NCBI GenBank assembly: GCA_964106915.2
Contig: OZ066927.1
DNA length: 64,000 nucleotides
Source: Podarcis gaigeae
Taxonomy: Eukaryota
Direction: 5' to 3' (one strand)
The notes below the pieces were generated by a model that saw only the letters and a list, made by a program, of their open reading frames with translations, was not told the DNA's origin and searched no databases. A program made the translations under genes and the position numbers. Shown here piece by piece: positions 52,901 through 64,000 of this stretch (positions are counted from its first letter, which is position 1; the number at the start of each line of letters is the position of its first letter).

Positions 52901-55900
52901 TATATATCATCACCACCATATTTTATTGGTCAACCAAATGCAGGTTATAGTCCTCCAGGATCAAGAGCCTCTGACTGCCAGTTGCTCTCCAGGTTAGTGC
53001 CATCATCATGTCCACCTGCCTGTGGGCTTCCTATAGGCATCTGGCTGCCCAGGAGGGCAAGGAGACTCATTGGTCCCCCTTTGGCCTGATCCAGCAGGAC
53101 TGGACTAATGTATAGAGATCCTCCGGGAGCTCTGCCCAATCCCATTTTGCTTTATCCATCCTGAAAATTTTGGTGTCATTACTAAACCTGGACAATGCAC
53201 TGCACCAGGTCATTGACAAAATTAGTTGAAAAGCACAGACCTTCTCGATACAGATCCACAGGGAGCCCCATGCCATACACCTCTCCATTGTGAAAGCTGT
53301 CCATTTATTCCTGTTCTCGGCTTCCTGTCCCACTTTCTGAAGGAAGCACTCTTGCCTCCAAAAGCTTCTGTGTCTCTGTTCATTAACCACACCAACATCC
53401 TCTTGAACTGGTTGACTCCTTCCCTGATCTGTGGTACACCTTCTAGCTGAGCTTCTGTTACTGCAGTTTTGGAAAACCACTCATGATGTTTTAGTTCTCA
53501 GACTGGTTCGGTACATGCCAGATGAAAATACTGTCAGGTGGATTCACAACTGTTGGAAAACCATCCATGGCTCCTCATCAAAATGGGGAGGGGGAGTGTG
53601 TCTCCATCCTTGGCTAGGTACTTTTCAACATTTTTATCACAGTAACTCAGTTGAGAGATGGAGGGGGTTCTTTTCAAATTAGCAAAGCTCAGGGTAACAG
53701 GAAAAACAAATGACCTTGACAGAAAGGACAACTGGGACTCAGCCATCAAGTCCACTGAAGGGTAATATTGGGCCAGTCACTGCCTCAGCCTAACCTACCT
53801 CTTAGGGTTGTCAATAGGATTAAATGGGGGGGGGGGGAAGGGTGTATGCTACTTTGAGCTCCTTGGAGGAAAAGGAGGGATATAAAGGTGGGATAAAAGG
53901 TGGTAATAATAAATAAAATGCAAACGCAAACGTGCATATGAAGTGGTTCTCACAATGGTGGTCAATCGCAAGTCTCACTGAGTTACATCTGACATAGCCT
54001 TTTTGGTTTTATTTCTAATTCGCAAAGATGAAAACAATCAGGCTGCAATTATTTGCTGATTTCTGAAAAATTATAACCCTGTTTCAGACAATAAACAAAC
54101 CAGAATCTGGGTAACAGGCATTGTCAAATCATAAATTGAGTCAACCCACCAAAATTAGCTATTTATTCCTTAAGAGAACCTCTCAGGGGGAAAACAGAGC
54201 ACATTGACAAGGTTTTGAGAGGTACATCTATTTGTATACAGAAGAGTAATTCACTCAAGGCACAAATGATTAGTTTGTTCTGGAAAATAATGGTTTAGAG
54301 CCCCATAAAACAAAACAAGGATCCACTCAAGGAGAAGTCCATCATCTCCAGAGCAATGGAGAGGGATGTTGGTGCATCAGATTTGGCTGAGGAGAACCAC
54401 AGAGCCAATTTCTTTGAATCTCTTGACTGACACCACATTAATATTACAAAGAGAAATTTAAATATTTAAAATGTAACTTGCCCAAAAATGGAACTGGTGG
54501 TTTAACAGGCCCCCCTCACACTGTGAGATAAATTTATTAGTTTTCATTCCAGATACCTCTCAGTGAGGCTTACTAGAAGTGTAACCCTAGGCAGATTTAG
54601 GGGGAGAATTGCAACCTCTGGTGGATTGTGAACCCGTCAAGTGGTATTTAGAAATGACTCAGTCAGGATTTCAAAGAAAAGTCCAACTAGTGCTAAATTC
54701 AGTTGCGATGGCTGGGCTGATTTATTAACAAACCTGGGAATTTTTTATACTGTCAAAAAAAAAAAAAAGAAAAATGCTTGAGAGAAGACTATATGAAAAA
54801 GAGAGTGAGGTGCCTTTTTTGTATGGATGTTTGTGTTACCATCCAGAATGGAGAAGAGAGCAACAAAGTGTGTCCTGCCTATGGACTTCCCAGAGCCATC
54901 TGGCTGGTCACCATTAAAACCTTCCCGCGTTTTCTTTCCAGGAAAATGGTTGGAAGAACTAAGCTACCCGCCCCAAATTGATGTCCTGATCCAAATCTCC
55001 CTTCATCCACTGCTACTACATTCTTTTTCACCTGTGTAAGAGCCCATTCACACAACTCCCATGTCATGACATTTTTAGCTGATGGGCTAGACCAGCAGGA
55101 ATGTGGAGCTTTACCTTTTCGATACATACGGAGAAAATGAAGCTGCCAGCCAGGCCTGAGAATTGCTTTTCCACCAGCAATTCCCAGCACCTTCTCGGTG
55201 GGCCCCCTTTGGTCTGATCCAGCAGAATCTCCTTATGTTCTCATATCAGGTTGGTGGCATCTCCTCCTTCCACTGTGTGGACGCACCCATTCCAGAATGG
55301 GGCGGGGGACAGAACATGGCCAAAGGAGGCTACAGGAGGTGGATTTGCCTGCTGCCCATGGCTCCATGCTTCCAAGCATGGGGTCAGGCCCTGGCAGCAG
55401 CAGGGACTCCCATCATGGTGACCAAACACTCAGACACACGCTTGGTGTCTCTTTCCAACACTCCTCATTGTGCCCAACGTTATTGTCCCGCCCCCCCCCC
55501 CGACTCCCTGCCTGGAAGCTACCGACCCTGGGCAGCCCCTCACTTACCCAGCTTCACTGCTCTGGTCCTCTTCCTCAGTTGGCCATTGTCGCCTGGTGGG
55601 TCCTCGCTCAGCCTCCTGCGATGGTTGCCTTCTAGAGGTGCAAATGCCTTGATGAGTCATAACTAGATTTGGTTCTGGAACAGGCGTGACGTCAGCTTGC
55701 CCTGATATTACTGTACAGGCAGGAGGATGTGGTGAGGACATGAGGTGAGAGAAGGAGGAGGTGGTAGTGTCCTCAGCCAGCTCCCCTACCCTTCACTCCT
55801 CCCCACAACTGAAAGCAGCATCTTGTAGGCAGACAGCGTTTGCTTTGCAACCTGCAGGTAAAGCAGTAGCCAGCGATGCAGCAGAGGCGGTTAGAGCACT

Positions 55901-56670
55901 GAAGCCTAGAGCAAAAGCCGCTGGCTGCTTTTAAAAAGCAGAGGAAACAGGGCTCAACCAGGTGGCAATTTGCAGCCTGCAGCAACCCATGGCCCTCCGT
56001 GGCCAAGAGAGAGTTTGCCATGCACCTCCTCCCCATAAGCCCCACTCAGGTGTGCACCACCAAGTGCATTGGGGGAAAGTGGGAGCACGCTTGAGGGTCC
56101 CTACTCTCTAGGGGCCATCTGTCACCTGGCCCTGTCATGTCTTTTGTCTCCTGGCCTTGTGGGCTCCCTGTGAGATCTAGAACCTTGAACATTCAAGGAA
56201 TCCACATGAGCCCTCTAGGCTCTTCTCCAGCACAAGGAGGACCACAGAGATGGGATGGAGGGGATGGGAGACATGGGGGTGGTGTGGTTCTTTCCCTAAC
56301 AGCTATGGGAGGGCCTGGCAGCTGCAGCAGACTCTCAAGAATCTGCCTTGGAGGGCAACAGTCCTTCTATGCTCAGGAACTCCCTGCTAACTGAGATCAA
56401 GCTCTTCTGTTTTTGGTGCCTGCTAGAAATTGTTGTGTTTAGGCAAGCCGAGCATGTCATTTGATTATGTATATTTGCTCTTAAACTCTATTGACTTTAT
56501 ATGTATTAAAAAAAATTAAAGATTTTCTTGGATTACACGCCTTGTCTCTTTTTTTCAGGTTGTGCAGTATTTATTACAAATCAGTTACGTTTGTTGTGAG
56601 ACATTAGTGTTGAGTACAGTGTAAGGTTGGAGGAGAGGAGGGGTGGTGTGGTGAGGCTTATATTCCTTTA

Positions 56671-57830
56671 TATAATAATAATAATAATTTTTTATTTATA
56701 CCCCGCCCTCCCCAGCCAAGGCCGGGCTCAGAGCGGCTTACAAGCAATAATAAAAACAAGATGAATGATTACAAACTTAAAAACAAAAATAAAACACAAC
56801 AATTAAAATAATGGAACATTAAAATATTAAAATGTAGCCTCATCGCAGGAGGAGAAGGAAAAGAAGGGGGAAAAAAAGAGAGGGGGGAGGGAGGGAATCA
56901 AACTGGCTCCAAGCCAAAGGCCAGGCGGAACAACTCTGTCTTACAGGCCCTGCGGAAAGAAATCAGATCCTGCAGGGCCCTGGTCTCATGAGGCAGAGCG
57001 TTCCACCAGGCCGGAGCCAGAGTTGAAAAGGCCCTGGCTCTGGTCGAAGCCAATCTAACTTCCTTAGGGCCCGGGACCACTAGGGTGTTGTTATTTATGG
57101 ACCTTGAGGCTCTCCGTGGGGCATACCAGGAGAGGCGGTCCCGGAGGTACGAGGGTCCTAGGCCGTGAAGGGCTTTAAAGGTCAAAAGCAGCACCTTAAA
57201 TCTGACCCTGTACTCCACCGGGAGCCAGTGCAGCTTGAAAAGCACTGGGTGAATATGCTCCCATGGCAGAGACCATCAGCAGATAGAGCTGAGTGTCATC
57301 AGCATATTGGTGACAGCCCAGCCCAAAGCTCCGGATAATCTGGGCAAGGGGGCGCATAAAGATGTTAAAAAGCATCGGGGAGAGAATTGCGCCCTGCGGC
57401 ACTCCACACACCAAGGAGTGGCGCGACGACATTTCCCTCCCTAGTGCCACCCTCTGTCCCCGACCAGAGATAAAAGAGCACAACCAGTTACGGGCTATGC
57501 CCTGTATCCCCACGTCTGCGAGGCGGTGGTCCAGAAGATCATGATCGACCATGTCAAAGGCTGCTGACAAATCTAAAAGGATCAGCAGTCCTGACCCGCC
57601 TCGATCCAGTTGTCTACGGAGATCGTCTGTTAAGGCAACCAGAGCCGTCTCCGTCCCAAAACCAGGACGGAAACCGGACTGAAATGGATCTAATGCCGAT
57701 GTTTCCTCCAGAAACCTACCAAGCTGCTCAGCAACCGCTCTCTCAATTACCTTACCCAGGTATGGAAGATTTGAAACTGGGCGGTAATTGGATAGGTCTA
57801 AGGGATCTAATGAAGTTTTTTTTAAGAGTG
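56671..57830 (-). mobile_element. Young 5'-truncated L2 LINE with internal deletion
   Basis: Open RT segment YRPVSNLP..QSGFR..TETAL..LDLSAAFD..GVPQG..YADDTQLY jumps near 57275 to LHWLPVEYRVRFKV...; (TTA)n tail. Confidence 0.92.
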
Positions 57831-58930
57831 GACACACTTTGCATAGTGAACGTGTGGGGTTTTGTGTCAGCATCAACTGGGTATGTTTTCTTTCTGTTCA
57901 TTTATTACATTTCCTTTGTTGTGGGAGGTATTGGGGCGCAGGGTGTGGTTGGTTGTCTGTGGTTGGCTGCAGCGGGATTTTTTGCATTTCTGAGGGGGCG
58001 GGGAGGGCTTATTGGGTCAGGTAAGCCAGATTGATTTGTATGCTGTCGGTGGATTCTTGTTGTCTTGTTGGGCTGTGTACTGTATGTGATAAAGGGGAGC
58101 CATTCTGGGGTGAAGGTGTCTTCTTCTATTTGTCCCTGTGACAGTTTCAGTTTGTTGGTTAGCCTTTCTATTAAGGTCATTTCCCATAAAATTTGGTACT
58201 GTTGGTCCATGTTTACTCCTGACAGGTCTCTCCAGTGTCTGGCTATGAGGCTTTTGGTGGCTGAGAGCAGTTGGGTTATAAGCTCTGTATAATGTGAGTG
58301 GTCATTGTGTTCTAGGACGATGTTCAGTAGGGCCAGTTACAGGGTAAGTTCTAATACCTGTTCAGTTATTTTGGATACCTCTCGCAGGACTGCTGTCCAG
58401 AAGGGTTGGTTTTAGGATATTCCCACATGTGGAGGTATGTGCGTGTGGAGAACCAGCCTCTCCAGCATCTTGGCGAGGTTCCTGGATGTATCAGCACCAG
58501 TTTCCGTGGTATTAAGTACCACCTGTGGGTGAGTTTCAGAGTGAGTTCCCTTCTTTTGGCTGATATGGACTTAAAGGGAGGTTTAGACCACCTTCTAGTT
58601 CATTGGGTGGGGTTAATTTCATAGCCTATGTTGTGCTCCCATTGTTCTTTGATTGCGTCAAGGGGGGTTGTGGGATTTTGGAATAGTGTTTTGTATATTG
58701 TGGATACCATCCCTTTGCCGTGTCCCTCTGCTGTTGGGAGGTTTTCAAAGGTGGTCAAAAGAAAGCAAAACAATACATTTGGCACCTGTTGGGCTGCAGG
58801 AGTTGCTGGAAGGAAGTCTACAAGATGCCATCCAACCACCTTAGGGACTCCACTCTGGATTTGTGCAGGGTTTACTCCGTAGCCTTTTTCTCTCCTGAAT
58901 ATGTTCTGCAAGGCAGCGAGTACGGGATTT
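57830..58930 (-). mobile_element. L1/Tx1-clade LINE ORF2 C-terminus and 3' UTR
   Basis: LTHRWYLIPRKL..HPGTSPRCWRG..TYLHMW..FWTAV..PEWLPFITY; probable remainder of the 3' UTR with AATAAA and poly(A) at about 56548-56670. Confidence 0.75.
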
Positions 58931-59520
58931 ACTACCAAAGACTTTCCCACAAACAGCTGCAAGGCAGTGCAGGTTTAAGACAAGAGTTTACTTTCTCCTA
59001 GCTCAGCTACCTTCCCAGGTTGACGAGCCCCATCTGCCCTAATTACACTACTGTCAGGTAAATTGCAATTATCGAGTCAAGACTTGCTGAGAATAGGCGC
59101 CAATTAATCTAATATACACTGCACTATGCTTCAGTGTTTCATAACAATATACCTATACTTTTGAGGGTGTAGTAACACACCACTCTTCTTTAAATGTGGT
59201 TATTTTATCTTCTGATTATCCCCAGCTGTATTGAGCATGACAATCAGCATCCCTGATGGAAGCAGAATGTGAAAGGCAGCACGTAATACGCCCGATTCTA
59301 TGAAAAGGGAATATAGATTACAGCTGAACTGAAGTGCCCTAGCATGGCAGGGATGGTAGTATCTACCCATTCATAGAAAGTACCTTGATCCAGTGATGGC
59401 TTTTGTCAATGGAAAGTGGGTGATGTTTTCTGCTGGCTTTTCCTTCCCTGTCTAGCAGCCTGCTTCTCCTTTACCAAGCTTTTTCATCACAAGAGTTGTG
59501 AAGCATTAAGTACCAGATGA

Positions 59521-59640
59521 ATCAGAGAATGGTAGAGTTGAAAGGAGCCACAAGGGTCAACTGGTCCAACTCTCTGCAATGCAGGAAACCTTTTGCCCAA
59601 CGTATGATTAGGAGTCTGATGCTCCACTGACTGAGCTATC
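59521..59640 (-). mobile_element. SINE fragment with CR1-like tail
   Basis: Reverse copy of the same tail type as 7151-7280 (AGAATGGTAGAGTTG...TCCAACTCTCTGCAATGCAGGA...CTGAGCTAT). Confidence 0.55.
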
Positions 59641-61879
59641 CAAGGAACTTTAAAGCTCTAGGTTAGGGCCAGTTAGGCGGCAATTCTAACCCCATTTACC
59701 TGGGAGTAAGCCCTACTGAATTCAGTAGGAATCACTTCCAAGTAGGCATGTTTAGGTTTGTACTGTTATAGTCTACAGAATGAATGGGTGTTCTGTGCTT
59801 GCCTCCACCAGAAAAAAATCCTGGTTTGTTTTTTCTTTTTCTTTTGGACAGCAGGTTTTTTACCATCCAGCATATAACTGGGTGGGGCTGGAACAAAGGG
59901 CAGAAATAGCAGAAGTGTGGAGCGTGGGCTGCTACAGAAGGCCCAGGGTTGCTACCAGCTGCTTGCCCGCCCACCAGTTCAACAGTCACCTCCCAACTTT
60001 ATGCAAAGCAAGCTCTTCCTGGAGTCAAGTTCTCTTCTGCGAATCAGCTGGGGGCTTTCCACATCTGCTGCATGCTGTGCTGCACATTTTGCTCACCAAC
60101 TCAGTGAAGGGGAGGAGTGGCACTTTGGGAATTGAACACAATTCATGCCGAGCAGCAGGGCACCAAACTAATGCGCTGGGCAAGGGCCCTTTCTCATTCT
60201 AGGGTTTAGACAGGGACAAGAGTGGGGTGCTGCTGCTGCTGGGCGCAGCTGGCTGGTGTGGGTTTAAGGTCCTCTGTGGCCTGATGGAGGATGGTGAGGT
60301 GGGGGCCAGCAGGCTCTGAGCTCCCTGAAGGACTGCTGCCCCCTTGTGTCCAAGAGTCACTGCAAGGCCATCTGGGAGCTCTTTGAGGAGCCTTTAAGAT
60401 AAGGGGGTCAGCTGAGGAAGACAGATCCTGCCTCCACAGAGGTGTAGTATGGCAGGGACCTCAAATCACTCAGATCCCCAGCAATGGAGGTACGAAAATT
60501 TTTATATTGCACAGTTCAAGTCATACATCTTAATTGGCAGGTAACTAAACTTTTGCTTCAACCTGCAGAGGGTCCAATCCGCACACAGCCTACTGTGCCT
60601 ATCAAATCTTGGCTGCACCCCATGGCTCAGTAAGCCAGCAGCAAGAGGCTGAGAGCTGACAGGAATCTGCACTCATACATTTAAAAGGTTATGCAGATTA
60701 AATGTGCTTCAACATTCAGGTTCTGTACTTGAATGTTTCTAACCACTTCCTTTCTTGTAGCTTCCATTCGCCTGGATAGCTTCTCATCTTCTCAGAAGCC
60801 ATTCATTCTACAGGTACCTGTGAGACGCGAGTGAACCATGATGCCAGAATGGTCCACCTGGGCTGCCCACAGCCACACAGTCTTCTCTTCGCCAGCTGGG
60901 AGCAGCAGCCTCAGCCTCCATGGGGGGTCCATGACAGGTCCTTCCCCATGCAAGCTGCAAGCTTCTTTTCCTCCTTTTGGAAATGCTGTCCTGCCTATAT
61001 CACACCTTGAGTGGAATAAGTGCAATAAAGCTGGATCATATGGATAAAAAACTTTAATGCTAGAATGGTGTTGTCTCAGTCACTTGGCGATACTTCCTGG
61101 CATCCCCATCACCAAAAGCAGTCCCAGAGCATCCCTTTATTCAGCCTGCTTCCCCTCCTCTTATCTGATCTCTGGCAGAGGGCACAGGAAGTCACACCAC
61201 CAGGCAGAGACCTTGTTGCTTGCTATGGATATATGAAGCAAGACCTCCTTACCTGTACAGAAGCAGCAACAAAAGAAAGGCAGGCACTGTTCTCTGCAAA
61301 AACCAAGGCATTGCCTGAGCAAAAGCTGGCCACTTGCTGGATTCAGAGCCTGTCAGCAGGCAGAACCGAAACACTTGACAGGCAGGTGTGGAATCCATTG
61401 CAGGCGACTGTCCAGTAACTTGAGCCCAAGAACAGCTGGTGCTCAGGCCCCCAGCCCAGTATGGGTCAAGAAAGCACCCATCCCCCTGAAGTTCCCATTC
61501 ATGTAAGAAGTGCCAAAAGTGGCCCCTTGAGTCCAGCAACTTGTCCTCAGAGTTTCCACACAGATGCAGGCCTACAAGCAGGAAGGCGCCTCTCCTTGCT
61601 GCCCTTTGGCTTAGTCCTCTGTTGGTAATAAGGGCCCTTCCCTACCTGGGCTTAAAGGGGATGGTGAACACCTTTTGTCCCTCCTTTAATTCCCTTCTCC
61701 CACGCAGCAGCATCCTCCGACTGCAGTCCCATATCTCCTCCTCCCTGAACCCCCAAACCCTATATGCGGTTGCTGCTGCTTTCCTGTTTACAGCATAGCA
61801 GATCTCTGGATTTAGGGAGGATTCCGCCTGGAGAAGGTCACTGCCCGGTTCAGGCGGAATTAAGGAGGTACAAGGGGCC

Positions 61880-64000
61880 TCAGGGGTATGAAAGGCCTTT
61901 GTCCCTGGCCACATCTTCCCTAAAGCATCCATCGGAGGCCACCTGTTGCATGTCAAGGTCCGCCCCGCAGGGTGCACTTGCCCAGGCCGGGTCTCTTACC
62001 TCCTGAGCCCCCCAGCCAGGGTGAAAGAGGACCCTGCTCACCCCAGTGGCTGCTGCGGGGCTGTCCTGGACAATGCTGAGCAAGGGTTTGTAAGGGGACT
62101 GCCCATCTAGGCCGCAACCAGCGCTGCCACTCTTGCCCTGGGGGGCTGTGCCTTCCTGGAGAGCTGAGCTGAAGGAGCGGTAACCAGCCAGGAGGGAGGC
62201 TGCTGGGCAGGGGCCAGACTTCCCTGGGGCATGTTGGGAGGAGCTGCCTGGCCTCGCCTCTTGCTCTGCAACTGCCATACAGGAGGAAAAGCAAAGCAAG
62301 TCTTGGGCTTCTGGGAAGACACCCTGGAAAGCAGGGTGCAGGCTGCCAGTCACAGGTGCAAGGCAAGGCCCTGAGGCATGGCTGAATGGCTGGATTTGGT
62401 CCCTGAAAGGAGAAAACTCCTCCTGCTCCTCCTCACAGACCTGGCTGAAGCCGGCCATAGGCTCCGCCACCAGGCTGCTGAAACACTTGTAGCCCGAGGG
62501 CTGGGGGGCGGCTGTGCTGCCTCCCTCCACTTGCAAACAGAGTCTGTCCGTGGTGACGGGTTGTGCCTCTGGGGAGAAGAGGCTGTGGCTGAGGGGCAGT
62601 TCCAGGGCAGCACTGCCTGGCTGGGACGAAGCCACTGTCTCTGTGCTGGTGTTGTGATAGACAGGTTCGGAAGAGGTCTCCGAAACTCCACGGTGCTTGT
62701 CCAGCGGTGCATCTTGAGAAAAGGAAAAAGCACTCTGCGTGTGCCCCAGAGCCTGGTCCTTGAGAAGTGGGTGCTCGTCCAGGATACCGGTGCTCCCACT
62801 GCTCAGGTCCCCACTGAGAAGGTCCCTGAAGAGCTTGGCCACGGCATCTTCATGAGGGACCTGGCAGTCTTCCTCTTTCTGAGTTTCTGGCTTGGCAGAT
62901 GCAATGCAGCTGTGAATATGCACAGGGTGCTCAAGGCCCATGTTTCCGAATGGCACCACCGCTGCTGTCACACCAGCGGCCACTTTGCTCTTGGCGGGGT
63001 TTGGAATCTGGTCCCACCATCCCTTCTTCACCCTGCAAAGCAAGAAAGCGCCACCCGTCAGTCCTTCCCGGCCCTCAGAAAAGGAGAGACAGGGCTCTGC
63101 AAGGGCTGCCTCCCCTCCGAACATCAGGAACCAATCTTCCCCCTCCCGAGGTGACTACTAGCAGCCAACTGCATGGTTAAAAACACCACGTGAGAGAGCT
63201 GAGGAAGACTGTTTGGCTGGAAGGAGGATGAGGAGAAGACTCAGAAGGGACAGGGGCCACTTTCCTCTTCCTTTCCTGTCAGGGTTGCAGGAAAATGCCT
63301 CTGCCACCAAGGCCTGCAACCTTCAAGCAGAAGTGACCATTTTTTAATTTGTTTTGCTGTGGGCAAAGGGCAGCCCTGGAGACAACACCTTGCAAGGCAC
63401 CCAAGACCTACCTGGTGACGCAGAAGAAGCTGAAGGTAGCCAGGGCCATGATGAACACACACAGCAAGGGGATGAAAATCCAGAGGATAGACCCAGACCT
63501 TGGCTCAATCTCTGGAAGGCAAGAAACATTTTGGTTATCTGGGTGTACAATTCACCCTGATACCCATGGGAGGCAGGCTGGCTGGCTAGCTGGCAGACAG
63601 GCAGACAGGCACCCACCCACCCACCTGGAAAGGGGGCAAAAGATCAGGCTCAACGCCCAGAAGCCTCAGTTGACAAAGGAGCCCAACTCACACAGCTGGA
63701 AAGAATTTCATGTGATTTGCAGTATTTTTCCTTAGGGTTTTATTTGCCTATTGCCTTGTAGGGATGTGGTGAGGTTTATTTGTTGGTTTTAGCTTGTCTC
63801 TTGTTAGGGGAATTGCAGCCTTCCAAGTCCTTCTTTTGGAAAAGGAGTTTCCCAAATTGGGATGTGGGGATGGGCACCGACAGGCACATTTAACGCCTCA
63901 TGTGTTTGGTTTCTCCTGCACATGCTAATCTAACCTTTAACCCCCTCCTGCAGTTTCAAGCTGGTTTCCCTTCAGCCAGACTTACCTTGGGCTGGGGAAA
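61880..64000 (-). CDS. IL4R: IL4R (IL-4 receptor alpha), 3' part; extracellular exons lie beyond the window
   Basis: Exon end 63986-64000 (donor GTAAGT), TM exon 63412-63511 (ILWIFIPLLCVFIMALATFSFFCVT), terminal exon 61880-63032 with KKGWWDQIPNPAKS Box1, LFRDLL and STAT6-type GYKCF, GYRSF, PYKPL. Confidence 0.92.

Noticed and set aside
62378-63154. 258-aa plus-strand ORF
   Set aside because: Antisense shadow of the IL4R terminal exon.

Overview
Vertebrate genomic DNA, not microbial. A Sauria/Squam1-type SINE plus L2, CR1, L1 and Tc1/mariner- and hAT-type MITEs point to a squamate, most likely a lacertid lizard (inference). Five spliced genes lie head-to-tail on the minus strand; I reconstructed them by hand from GT-AG sites and reading-frame phases. 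From right to left: the 3' end of IL4R (about 61880-64000), IL21R (8 coding exons, 570 aa), an IL9R-like receptor (8 coding exons, 484 aa), PDPK1 (14 exons, 553 aa, one U12 intron) and exon 1 of KCTD5. A full-length antisense processed HTATSF1 pseudogene sits in an IL21R intron. Main points of interest: (1) a tandem IL4R-IL21R-IL9R common-gamma-chain receptor cluster joined to PDPK1-KCTD5; (2) clustered substitutions in the PDK1 alphaB/alphaC PIF/phosphate pocket; (3) altered tyrosine motifs in the IL4R and IL9R tails; (4) the HTATSF1 retrocopy with its CpG-rich 5' end next to an IL21R exon; (5) an intact solo LTR beside the KCTD5 promoter. I found no wholly new biological system. Human comparisons are from recalled sequences, not from alignments run here.
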